The notes beneath the pieces are model-generated. The model did no database searches. It saw only the letters and a program-made list of their open reading frames with translations, and had not been told where the DNA came from. Shown in pieces: positions 10,360 through 20,164 of a stretch of 64,000 bases of DNA (its first letter is position 1; every line of letters starts with the position of its first letter). The position numbers were made by a program, and so were the translations under genes. This DNA comes from an uncultured Ignavibacteria bacterium (lineage in GTDB: Bacteria; Bacteroidota; Ignavibacteria; UBA10030; SZUA-254): positions 197,651 through 261,650 of the forward strand of contig CAVRTZ010000008.1 in the NCBI GenBank assembly GCA_963724215.1, given 5' to 3'.

Positions 10360-10771
10360 TCAGTTCAATTCGAGCTTCATCGTCACTTCCCACCCGTCGT
10401 CGAACCGTCTCGAAATCCACCGAACTCATCAGCGAACGTATCAGGAACACCCCCCGGCCGTTCTCCCGCAGGAGGTTTTCCTCGGCCAGCGGGTCGGGGA
10501 TCGTTTCGATGTCCACGCCCTTCCCCTCGTCCCTCACCTTCACGGTCAGCGCTTCCGAGTTGACGTCGACGCGCAGGAGCACTTTTTTGTTCCTGTCCCG
10601 CTTGTTCCCGTGGATGATGCCGTTGTTGACCGCCTCGGTGGTGGCCACCAGGAGCTTGTTGAACCTCATTTCGTCGAGGCGCAGCTTCTCGTTGATCTGC
10701 TCGAGAAACTTCTCGACGGCCATGATTTCCTTGGGGTCGCTCGGGATCTCGAGACGGTAGGATTCGGACAT
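10360..10771 (-). CDS. RsbW/SpoIIAB-like anti-sigma regulatory factor (HATPase_c Ser/Thr kinase), apparent +1 frameshift near the 3' end
   Basis: The ORF track gives 9983..10771 overlapping mdh by 250 bp. The main frame loses sense after ..SLMSSVDFET. An alternative frame then reads FDDGWEVTMKLELN* and stops at ~10360, just upstream of the hairpin. Confidence 0.6.
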
Positions 10772-10786
10772 CGCGCGTACGGATGA

Positions 10787-12709
10787 TTAAAGACTGACGT
10801 TTAAAGACATTGTAATGTTTGCGATGCCGTGATCGGGCAGGCCAGTCCGCGACTGGTGCTCGTACCAGCCCTTCACCAGGAGGGCCGTTCGTTCGCCCAC
10901 GATCCATTCCATGCCGGTCGCCGGTCCCACGCTCCGCAGGAACTGTTGCGGTATGCGCCTGTCCCCGGCATAGTCAAATCGCATTTGACTAAAATAACGA
11001 ATACCGAGGGAGAAAATCAAGGCCGAAGTTGCGCCATAGCGAACCATCCCGATATGCGTAAAATCCTCGAAATAGCTCACCGGGCTCTCCGTAAAGTCTT
11101 CCCAGCGCAGGTTTCCACGCTCATAGAGGCGGACATAGCTGCTCCATTCCACCGAGGTGCGCCTGGTCAGGGACCACACCGTCGAATCCGTGAAGGCGAA
11201 CTGCCGGAAGACGAAGCTCCGCACCGCGGTGCCGGGGCTGTCGAAATCGTAGACGGTGTAGTTGGCGAGGACCTCGAAACGGTTGGACGAGGTGAAGGCG
11301 CGGTCGGGGGTCCAGACCAGGTGGGGCGAGAGCCGCAGGATCCGGTTCCACGTGTTGTCGGCGCTCCGATGGGCCGAGAGGTACACGAGGTGGGTCAGGC
11401 TGACGTCCGCCGCCACGGCCATCCAGAGGTACCGGCTGAGCCGGTGCCGCGTCGTGACGTTGGCGAGGTACCGGAGTTCGTCGCGGTCGTCGGTGTTGAC
11501 GCCGCTCGGGGTGTCGTACTTCAGGATCGACCCCGATCCCGACACCGACACCTGGTCCGAGCCGGAGATCCTGAAATCGGCCGCCGCCGCCATCGTCGTC
11601 CGCTTCGCGACGTTGTTCATCCGTTCCTGGACCCGCCGGATCGAGTCCACGGCGGGCTCGAGGTACCCGTCGTCGTCCTCGATCCGGTGCGTTTCGTTCC
11701 GCTCCTGGAGCACCATCGTGAGCCTGCCGTCCAGCGCCGGGGTGACGGCCCAGGCGGCGCTCAGTTCCCCCCCGATGGTCAGTTCGTCCACGGTGCTGTT
11801 GAGGACCGGCGTCCCCGGGTCGGAGTACGATTTGTACTTCGACTCACGCCCGATGCCCCGCGAGAGGACCCCGGCGTTGGCGGCGAGCGAAAACTCCGGG
11901 GTCACGTTGTACAGGAGCGAATCGCGGACCCCGAACAGGTCCTCGGCCCTGGTCTCGATGTTCTGGTCGACGCCGAACTCCGCGGCGACACCCTGGTCCG
12001 CGCGCGTGTAAAAATCGCGCCGGTTCCTGTAGTACCGCAGTTCGAGGGTGTTGCGCGAATCCCCGGGAAAGCTCCTGGAGGAGGTCAGCCGCGCGTTGCG
12101 CATTTCGATGATCCGCGGGTCGAGCCGGTTGTATTCCCAGCTTCCGCCGAGGGCCGAGACGTACCCGGCGTAATCGAACGAGTCGGCGTCCATCCGGACC
12201 AGGTACGAAATGCCCTCGTCGGTGATGTCCGACTGCCGGTCGGCGCGGTACCCGATCAGCGGTTCAATGGTGAGGACGCCGGTCGGCCGGATGGCCGCCC
12301 CGGCGTGGGCTGAATAGGATGAGACGTCGCTCAGTCCGAGGCCCCTCCTGTCGGAGAGGATGTGGAGGTTCGCCGCGACGCGGGGCTCGATCCGCTCACC
12401 GGGCCTGAGCCGGAACAACGCCCGGAAGGACTCCTCGTCGGTGATGAGGTTCGTGCTCGTGCGGATGAGGGAAGAGCGGAAGTCCTGGCCGATGTCGTAG
12501 CGGAACCCGGGCGCGGCGCCGCCGTAGAGGAGCAGGCCCTGCCAGTGGTACGTCGAGAAGAGCTTGTCGAAGAGGATGCGGTACCCGTTGGAATTGACCG
12601 TTCCGCCCGTGTCGGCGCGGAAACTATCGGTGGGGGATTGTGCGGGGGCGGAAACGGACAACACCAGGCTCAATCCCAGTATGCCCAGCACGCCCGGCAC
12701 GCCCGGCAT
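10787..12709 (-). CDS. Putative outer-membrane beta-barrel protein
   Basis: ORF 10787..12874. Likely start at an internal Met followed by a signal peptide (MPGVPGVLGILGLSLVLSVSAPAQS). Beta-rich sequence with aromatic residues at the end (..ITMSLNVSL), in an operon with envelope proteins. Confidence 0.55.
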   Translation of the reverse strand: MPGVPGVLGILGLSLVLSVSAPAQSPTDSFRADTGGTVNSNGYRILFDKLFSTYHWQGLLLYGGAAPGFRYDIGQDFRSSLIRTSTNLITDEESFRALFRLRPGERIEPRVAANLHILSDRRGLGLSDVSSYSAHAGAAIRPTGVLTIEPLIGYRADRQSDITDEGISYLVRMDADSFDYAGYVSALGGSWEYNRLDPRIIEMRNARLTSSRSFPGDSRNTLELRYYRNRRDFYTRADQGVAAEFGVDQNIETRAEDLFGVRDSLLYNVTPEFSLAANAGVLSRGIGRESKYKSYSDPGTPVLNSTVDELTIGGELSAAWAVTPALDGRLTMVLQERNETHRIEDDDGYLEPAVDSIRRVQERMNNVAKRTTMAAAADFRISGSDQVSVSGSGSILKYDTPSGVNTDDRDELRYLANVTTRHRLSRYLWMAVAADVSLTHLVYLSAHRSADNTWNRILRLSPHLVWTPDRAFTSSNRFEVLANYTVYDFDSPGTAVRSFVFRQFAFTDSTVWSLTRRTSVEWSSYVRLYERGNLRWEDFTESPVSYFEDFTHIGMVRYGATSALIFSLGIRYFSQMRFDYAGDRRIPQQFLRSVGPATGMEWIVGERTALLVKGWYEHQSRTGLPDHGIANITMSLNVSL

Positions 12710-12824
12710 GCCTGACATGCCCGGCAGGCGGGGCAGACCGGTCAGGCCGGTTGGGCCGCGCCTGCCCGCCAGGCCGGTGAGCGGTGCGAAGGGGGCACGG
12801 GTTCGGCGGCACATCCCTTCCCCC

Positions 12825-14220
12825 TCAGCAATCAAACTTCTCGCCCCTGGCGGGGATCCCGACGCCCAGACCATACCGCTGTCCGATGTCGTCCCCGAGT
12901 GCCGTCGCCCTCTCGAGGTCCCCGTGGACCAGGAACACCCTGCGGAGCCTTTGGCGGTCGAACTTTCCGACGTACGTCATCAACCCGTCATGGTCGGCGT
13001 GCGCGCTGAAGGAGTTGTACTTCACCACTTCGGCCCTCCGTCGGTACATCGCTCCGAGGATCCTCACCTCCTCCGCCCCGTCGACCAGCCGTTTCCCAAG
13101 CGTGTGCTCCGCCTGGTAGCCGATGATCGCGATCGTGTTTCTCGGGTCCTCGATGTTGTTCGCGAGGTGGTGGAGGATCCTCCCCGCCTCGCACATGCCC
13201 GACGCCGCGATGATCAGGCAGGGCCCGGGCATGCCGTTCAGTTTCTTCGACTCCGCGACGTCCCGGATGTAGTGGAGCCTGGCGAAGCCGAAAGGGTCGT
13301 GGTTCTTCAGCAGGTGAGCGGAAATCTCCTCGTCGAACGTTTCGGGGTGTTTCCTGAAGATGTCCGTGGCGTTCACGGCGAGGGGGCTGTCGACGAAGAC
13401 CGGCAGGTCGGGAAGCCGCCCCTGGTCGCGCAATTTGTGGAGCGTGAAGATGATGTTCTGCGTCCTTCCGACGCTGAAGGCGGGCATGATGACCTTTCCC
13501 CCGCGTTCGATCGTCCGGACGATGTCGGCCCTGATGCGCTCCTCGCGGTCCTCCGGCGTGTCGTGCCTCTTCCCGCCGTACGTGCTCTCGCAGATCAGCA
13601 GGTCCGCGTTCCCCATGAACTCTGGATCCTTCACGATCGGGAGCTTGTCCGGCCCGAGGTCGCCGGTGAACCCGAGCGTCGTGCTCGTACCGCGCCCGGA
13701 GACCGTCAGCACGATCGTGGCGGAGCCGAGGATGTGGCCGGCGTCGCCGAACGTCGCCGTGACGCCGGGGAGGATGTCCGTCGGCGCGTGGTACGCCACG
13801 GGCGCGAAGAGGGCGGCGGCCTCCGCGGCGTCTTCCGGGGTATAGAGCGCCTCGACCGGCGGTTCGCCCGCGCGCCTGTTCCGCTTGTTGAGATACTCCG
13901 CGTCCCGCACCTGGATGTGCGCGCTGTCGGCAAGCATCAGCTCGGCGAGGTCTTTCGTCGCCGGCGTGCAGAAGACCGGCCCGGTGAAGCCCTGCTTCAC
14001 GATCCCCGGGATGTTGCCGCTGTGGTCGATGTGGGCGTGCGAGAGCACGATCGCGTCGATCGAGCGCGGATCGAAGGGAAACGTGCGGTTGCGGCGGTTG
14101 GCCTCGTCGCGGTGGCCCTGGTAGAGGCCGCAATCGAGGAGGAGGGTCCTGCCGTTGACGTGAATGACGTGCATCGAGCCGGTGACGGTGCGGGCGGCGC
14201 CCTGGAATTCGATCTGCATT
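12825..14220 (-). CDS. MBL-fold beta-CASP RNA-metabolising hydrolase (RNase J / CPSF-like)
   Basis: 465 aa C-terminal part of ORF 12825..17144, starting at MQIEFQGAARTVTGSMHVI.. HxHxDH motif LSHAHIDHSG. Beta-CASP-like C-terminal region. Confidence 0.85.
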
Positions 14221-16391
14221 ACGTGGTGGCTCCGAGGATGATCCCCGATGTCGGGGGCACGTTGATTGGTACCTGTCCACGCTGACCGATCCCCGCGGGA
14301 TGCACGGCCGATCCGTCGGCGAGGACGTTCCAGCGGCCGGCAGGGAGCGTCCACGTCACCGTCCGGTCGGGGGAGGCGTTGAGCAGGACAATATAACGAT
14401 TGGACCCGCCGTCCGCACGCCGGCCCCCCTCCTTCCGGGCCGCCGGTCGGGCGGCCCCCGTCACCCGCCGGTGGGCCGAGGCGGCTGACGGAGAAAGAAG
14501 CCTCGTTCGAAGGGAATTCCACCGAACCGGGGTCACGCGGGGCGCACAGGAGCGGATGGCGTTTCCTCAGGCCGATGAGCCCGCGGTAGTACCCGAAGAG
14601 GTCCGCGTTCATTCCGCGCAGGGCGTAGTCGATGTGGTTTGTCGCGTTGTCCTTGTTGTAGCTGTTATGATCGAGTTTCCCGACGTCCGGATCGGGGACG
14701 TCGCCCGCGGCGATCACCTTCGGCCGGGCGAACTCCTGTCCCTCGTGGACCATCACCGGTCCGGGCGAAGTCAACAGGATGAGCGCGGCGAATTTATTGA
14801 GCGCCATCTGGCGGGATGACAGGGCGGGGAGGGGGTTGCCCGGGCCCCCGGCGGCACCATGATCGGGCCCGTGAGCCGCGGGGGCAGGGAGCGTAAACCG
14901 TTCGTCGGGGGAGAGCTCCCCCGTCGCCAGGCGGATGAAGTCGCCGAGGGTATATCCGTCGTGGGACTCGAGGTAATTGAGGGCGGGCCGGCCGCCGGGC
15001 GCCTCTGCGCCGTTCGCCGGGAGCGATCCCGTGAGGATGAGCCCCGTCTCTGCGTCCGGTCCGGCGGAGCCTGCCGCGCCTGAATTACCTGAGTTACCGA
15101 AGATGAATCCCCTGGCGTGACGGGGGTCCCGTCCCTTGATCCCGTCACGGAAGCGGTCGTTCCACGACCACCAGCCCAGTTCCGCGAACCACCCGGGGTG
15201 GTGCCGGCCGCCGCCCCAGGGCTCGGCGATGAGCACGGCGCCGGGCTTCGTCTTCCGGACCATGCGGGTGATCTGCCGGCAGGTCTCCTCGTCGATCATC
15301 GCCGCCAGGTCGAACCGGAAGCCGTCGACATGGTACTCCTCCAGCCAGTACCTCACGCTGTCGAGGATGACCCTCCTCGCCATCGGCCGCTCGGTGTGAA
15401 AATCGTTCCCGCACCCCGACGCTTCGAGGAAGCTTCCCCCGGCGTCGCAGCGGTAATAATACTGCTTGTCGATGTACTTGAACGGGTTGAAGTCGTAGTG
15501 CGACGTGTGGTTGTAGACGACGTCGAGGATCACCGCGATCCCCTCCCGGTGCAGCGCCTTCACCAGGTCCTTGAGCTCCCGCACCGCCCTCCCGTCCGCG
15601 CCGTTCACCGCCCCCGGCGCGATCGAACCGTCGGTCCCGTAGTAACTTTCCGGCGCGAAGAAAAAACTCGTCATGTAGCCCCAGTGATTGCGGGCGTAGG
15701 GGTTCCAATCGTTCATCCTCCCGCTGTCGCTCAGCGCGGCCTGGTCGCGGTAGGGGATCTCGATCGTCCCGAACTTCATCACCGGAAGCAGCTCGACCGC
15801 GTTCACGCCGAGGGAGAGAATGTGGTCGAGCCCCCCCGCGATCCCCTTTTCGATGAACCCTGCGTACGTCCCCGGCCTGCGGGCCCCCGCCGACGGGTGC
15901 GCCGTCGCGTCGCGGACGTGGCATTCATAGATCACCAGGTCCTCCGCCTTTCGCGCTTTGAGCGGGCTCCGGTCGCCGCCCCAGTCGTAGGCGGTGTCGA
16001 GGATGAGTGTCTTCGCGGGGAGCCGCCAGTGGTTCACCGTGGTCACCGCCCTCGAGTAGGGGTCGGCCACGAGGACCGAGGGGTCGAACATCCCTCCCGG
16101 CTCGCGGGGGCCGTCGATCCGGTAACCGTACCAGCGGCCCGTGAGGTCGGCCTGAATTTCGAGCTCCCACGTTCCGTCCCGCCCCGGCGTCATCGCGATC
16201 GGGTCGCCGGGTTCGGTCTCGAAGCGTTCGAAGAGGACGAGCGTGACGCTCGTGGCGCGCGGGGCGAAGAGCCGGAAGGTGGTTTTCCGGGCACCCGCCA
16301 CGCAGCCGAGGACGGCGTCGGTCCGGAGGTCGTCGGGGAAGCGCGGCGGAAACACGCCGCCGTCGTAGGGCGGATGTCCTGAGGGCGTCAT
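14219..16391 (-). CDS. GH13 pullulanase/debranching-type alpha-glucanase, apparent frameshift near the 3' end
   Basis: N-terminal CBM48-like region, then GH13 region II GFRFDLAAMID, region III AEPWGGG and region IV YLESHD. The C-terminal beta-sandwich continues in a second frame (ORF 14219..14536: NRYIVLLNASPDRTVTWTLP..). The shift is at a C6/G6 run at ~14432-14441. The start ATG overlaps the upstream stop (ATGA). Confidence 0.8.
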
Positions 16392-18844
16392 AAGAACGAC
16401 GCGATGCCGACGGTGAGGTAGAACCTCGCCGGGTCCCGGAACCGGTAGGTCAGGTCGACCCTCGCCAGGTCGAGGATCCGGCTGAACCCGATGCCCGCTT
16501 CGGAGTGCCAGCCGTCGCCGACGGGAATGTCGCCGTTCCACGCCTGGGCGAACGCGGCGTGCACGATGAGCTCCACCCCGTTGCGGTAGAGGAACGGGAG
16601 GTCGAGCGCCAGGAACGGGAGGCTGCGGAAGTTCTGTTCGATCGAAACCGCCACGACCGCGTCGCCCGCATACTCCTTCACCAGGGCGCCCCGCAGCGTG
16701 CCGAACGGCCCGAAGGCCGTCAGCCGCGTGTCGGCGCTGAACGCCTGCTGGGGCGGGAGATGGCCGAATCCCTTCCCGGCGAACGCCCGCAACCGCAGGG
16801 AGGCGGGGAAGAGGAGGTCCTCCCCGAGGAGGGGAATGCTGTACGTCAGGAGCGTCGAGACCCTCGCGTAATCGAAGTCGCTCGACAGGATTTCGGGGGA
16901 GGAGAGTTCGGCGGCGACCTCGATGTTGCTGGTGGTGACGATGTCGAGCGCCTCGCGTTCCGGGCCGACCCTGATCACGAGCCCCAGCGAGCGCCTCGTC
17001 CCCTCCGCGACGGCGGGGTTGGGTCTGTACGCCCAGTCGTTGGATGTGAGGCTGAAATCGGTGGCCACCGGCATCGACGATTCTTCCTGGCTCACGAAGG
17101 TGAACCGCGACTGGAACCTCCTGCCGGGCTCGTAGTCGACCCACGCCGAATACCCCTCGGCCCGGTAATAGTCGAAATAGTCGGTCTTGGCGAAGAGCGC
17201 CGCGAGCGAATTGATCTCCGGCCCGTAGTAGCCGCCGTCGGGCGTGTGCGCGACGCGCCGGTAGGCCTCGGCCCCGATCGTCAGGGGTCCCTTCGGGACC
17301 GGTCGCACCGACGCGGAAACCGCGTACTGCACCCTCTTGTCGCTGAATCCGTACCCCGCCCCGAGCCCCAGGACGGTCTGCGGGATGAGCGATCCGAACT
17401 TCTCGCTCGCCCCCAGGTAGAACCCCTCGACGCGCGTGAACCGGGCGTCGACGACCCCGAGGAGCGAGCCGGCCCCCTCCGAGTCGTCGTCGCTGAGGGT
17501 CCCGAGGATGCCCCCGGGTTTGAACTGCTTCTCGAGCGTCTCCGTGGAGTCGAGGGTCCCGTACGCGATCGTTTCGTCCGCCGTCAGCGGGACCACCTGG
17601 CCCGACCGCCAGAATGTCGAATCGTAGACCGCGCTGGAGGAATCGACCGTGACCCGGCGCTGCGCGATGACGCTGTCGGGCACGGGGACGTTCAGCTCGT
17701 AATTATAGATCGACGAGATCTGCCGGAACCCCACCCGGGGGATCCCGAAACCCATGATGCTGACGGTGAAGCCGCCGTCGATCCTGATGTCGGCCGGCAT
17801 CCAGAACAGCGAGTCGTAGAGCGCGAACTGCTGGCGGTAGCGCAGGGCGATCTCCTTGACGAACGGCAGGGTGAACGTCTCGTTCGGCTCGAGGTCGACC
17901 CCCACCACCGCGAAACTCCGGTCGGCGATGGTGATCGTCCCGCTGAAGAGCGGTTTCAACTTTGTCTTCGGCCGCATCTCGATTTCGTACATTTCGATCC
18001 CGTCCGAGCGCCGCGTCCTGAGCAGGCGGTACTCGTAGTTGTCGAGAGCGTCGGGGGCGGTTGGGCCGGTGAAGGTGTACGCCCGGCGCTCGTTGTTCAG
18101 GTTGACGTTGAACAGCGTGATCCTGTCGTCGTTGAAGTTGACCAGGCGGCGCACGGCCGCGAAGTTCTCCTCCATCGGGACGTTGGCGGTCTGGCGTTTC
18201 TGGACGACGCGCTCCCTGAGCGTGTCGCCGCTCAGCACCCAGCCGGTCGTGAACGCCTCGGTGATGCTCGCCACCGACGTGTCCTTCTCGATCACCTGGC
18301 GGGTGTAGGCGTCGAACCGGTAGGTTTTCAGCAGGTCCATCCAGCGGTGCTTGTTTTCGATCGCCTTCCGGATGATCTCCAGCGCGGGGTCCTCGGCGAG
18401 CACGACCACTTCGGGATAGAGTATCGTCGAGGGCCGGAGCGACACGTCACGCGCGATCACCGGCCCGCCCCGGGTCCCCGGACCGGCCGCGGGCGCCTCG
18501 CCGGCGCCGATCACGATGCTGTCCCGCTCGTACGCGAGATGAATGAAGACGACCGTCTGGCGGCCGGGTCCGACAGGCAGGCGATACCTGCCGTCGGCGT
18601 TGCTGACCGTCCCTTTCGACGTGCCGAGGATCCGGACGTTCACCGCGGGTATCGGCGCGCCGGTGGACGCGTCGGTGACCCTTCCCTCCAGCCGCCCCGC
18701 CGGCTCACGGGCCTGCACGGGTCCGTCGCCGGCGGTCGTCTGCGCGAGCGCGGCCCCCGTCCGGTGGGCCGAGCAGGGCAGGACGAGCAGGATGGTCAGC
18801 GTGATGAGTGCGGTGCGGTGTCGTGGGGGGATCGGCCGGGTCAT
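16388..18844 (-). CDS. CarboxypepD_reg-like domain plus DUF5686-like outer-membrane protein
   Basis: 818 aa with a signal peptide. N-terminal carboxypeptidase regulatory-like beta-sandwich (RLEGRVTDASTGAPIPAVNVRILGTSKGTVSNADGRYRL) followed by a large beta-rich region. Confidence 0.6.
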   Translation of the reverse strand: MTRPIPPRHRTALITLTILLVLPCSAHRTGAALAQTTAGDGPVQAREPAGRLEGRVTDASTGAPIPAVNVRILGTSKGTVSNADGRYRLPVGPGRQTVVFIHLAYERDSIVIGAGEAPAAGPGTRGGPVIARDVSLRPSTILYPEVVVLAEDPALEIIRKAIENKHRWMDLLKTYRFDAYTRQVIEKDTSVASITEAFTTGWVLSGDTLRERVVQKRQTANVPMEENFAAVRRLVNFNDDRITLFNVNLNNERRAYTFTGPTAPDALDNYEYRLLRTRRSDGIEMYEIEMRPKTKLKPLFSGTITIADRSFAVVGVDLEPNETFTLPFVKEIALRYRQQFALYDSLFWMPADIRIDGGFTVSIMGFGIPRVGFRQISSIYNYELNVPVPDSVIAQRRVTVDSSSAVYDSTFWRSGQVVPLTADETIAYGTLDSTETLEKQFKPGGILGTLSDDDSEGAGSLLGVVDARFTRVEGFYLGASEKFGSLIPQTVLGLGAGYGFSDKRVQYAVSASVRPVPKGPLTIGAEAYRRVAHTPDGGYYGPEINSLAALFAKTDYFDYYRAEGYSAWVDYEPGRRFQSRFTFVSQEESSMPVATDFSLTSNDWAYRPNPAVAEGTRRSLGLVIRVGPEREALDIVTTSNIEVAAELSSPEILSSDFDYARVSTLLTYSIPLLGEDLLFPASLRLRAFAGKGFGHLPPQQAFSADTRLTAFGPFGTLRGALVKEYAGDAVVAVSIEQNFRSLPFLALDLPFLYRNGVELIVHAAFAQAWNGDIPVGDGWHSEAGIGFSRILDLARVDLTYRFRDPARFYLTVGIASFL

Positions 18845-19320
18845 TTCTTCCGGTAGAATGCCCCGATGATGAGGCTCCCGATCAATCCGGTGAATACCGT
18901 GCCGATGAAGCCGAAGAGGGCCTGCAGGACCGGGGTCTGGAACTGCGACGCCATCTCCAGCTCGGCGGCGATCTCCGCGTCGGTCTTCCCCGCGGTTTTC
19001 AGCATTTCCTGCTGGACGGCCCTGATCTCCTCGAAATAATTCGGGAACACGACCAGGGTGAACAGGAGCGACGAGAGGATGATGATCACACCGCCCACCA
19101 CCGACATCAGCGTGCCGGCCGCCACCTGGCCACCGTACGTCCGCCCCTGCGCCGCGGTCTGCTTCAGGCCCCAGACGAGGACGCCGAGCTGGATCAGGAT
19201 GACGGCGTAAAAGGCCATCAACATCGCCGGGTCCTTGTACCAGCCGGAGAACCCCATGGCGAACGTCCAGATTGCGCAGAGGATCCCGATCCGGAGACCT
19301 CCCTTGACGATGACATTCAT
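18841..19320 (-). CDS. DUF4199-like small membrane protein
   Basis: Internal start MNVIVKGGLRIGILCAIWTFAMGFSGW.. preceded by GGAGG. Four predicted TM helices. The stop overlaps the downstream gene start (ATGA). Confidence 0.55.
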   Translation of the reverse strand: MNVIVKGGLRIGILCAIWTFAMGFSGWYKDPAMLMAFYAVILIQLGVLVWGLKQTAAQGRTYGGQVAAGTLMSVVGGVIIILSSLLFTLVVFPNYFEEIRAVQQEMLKTAGKTDAEIAAELEMASQFQTPVLQALFGFIGTVFTGLIGSLIIGAFYRKK

Positions 19321-19387
19321 TTCAACCTCCGTAGTGATGATATGGATGTTCATTGTATGAGGAAAATCAAAGAGATGCAAGGAAGAA

Positions 19388-19430
19388 GGGCCGTCGGGAA
19401 CGAGCGGCCCGGCGGGCCCGCGCACGGGAT
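19388..19430 (-). terminator. Candidate terminator downstream of the dioxygenase-like gene
   Basis: Minus-strand hairpin GGGCCG..CGGCCC followed by UUCUUCCUUG. Confidence 0.3.
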
Positions 19431-19451
19431 CGGTGCGTCCGGCAGTCGGGA

Positions 19452-20057
19452 CTATTCCGGCAGCGTGATGTCCCTGACCGCTTCGAGGGTGCCGTCATCA
19501 CCCCGGGCGGGCCGGATGATGCCTGATCCCCCCCGGTTGTGGAGGTGGGAGCGCTGTGACGGCGTGAGCAGGGGGTCGTCGGCGAAATGGAATTCGTCGA
19601 TCCAGTATTCGGCCTTGCCGGGCTCCTTCACCGTGACGTGGATGTGCTCGGGGTTGTCTCCGCCCGGGTACGCGGCGGGCCGGATGGTCCTGAACTCGTA
19701 CCTCCCGGCGGAATCGGTTTTCATCCATCCCCGGAGGTAACCGTGCCGCCGGGCGTTCCCGGTTTCCGTCCCCTTTTTCGGATACACCCCTTTCGCGTTC
19801 GTATGGTACGCGTAGAGGATCACTCCCGGCGCGGGGGTTTTACCGTCGGGCCGGTACACCGTTCCGCGGACGACGAGCCGCTCACCCGGTTCGTCCTTTC
19901 CCGCGATGGTGGTCCGCCACGACACGTCGGCGGGGGCCTCGCCGGCGCCGCACCACTCGCATTCGGGCGGTCGTTGGGAGTTTCCCTGGGCGGGGGATGG
20001 GTGGCTGAGCAGGAAGAGGAGGGCCGGGGTGAGCACGAGGGACAGGGTGGGGTTCAT
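19452..20057 (-). CDS. Secreted intradiol ring-cleavage dioxygenase-like protein
   Basis: 201 aa with a signal peptide (LVLTPALLFLLSHPSPAQG). HxH/Y-rich region (YAYHTNAKGVY..HGYLRGW..HIHVTV) reminiscent of protocatechuate dioxygenase-like small proteins. Confidence 0.5.
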   Translation of the reverse strand: MNPTLSLVLTPALLFLLSHPSPAQGNSQRPPECEWCGAGEAPADVSWRTTIAGKDEPGERLVVRGTVYRPDGKTPAPGVILYAYHTNAKGVYPKKGTETGNARRHGYLRGWMKTDSAGRYEFRTIRPAAYPGGDNPEHIHVTVKEPGKAEYWIDEFHFADDPLLTPSQRSHLHNRGGSGIIRPARGDDGTLEAVRDITLPE

Positions 20058-20164
20058 GGAACGACTCCTTGCGATGATGGAATGGACATTCCTTCCTCTT
20101 TCTTACGGATCGGGCGCGGAGAGAGTTTCACCGGTCCCTCCCGGTCATCCTCTCCGCGTGGGGG

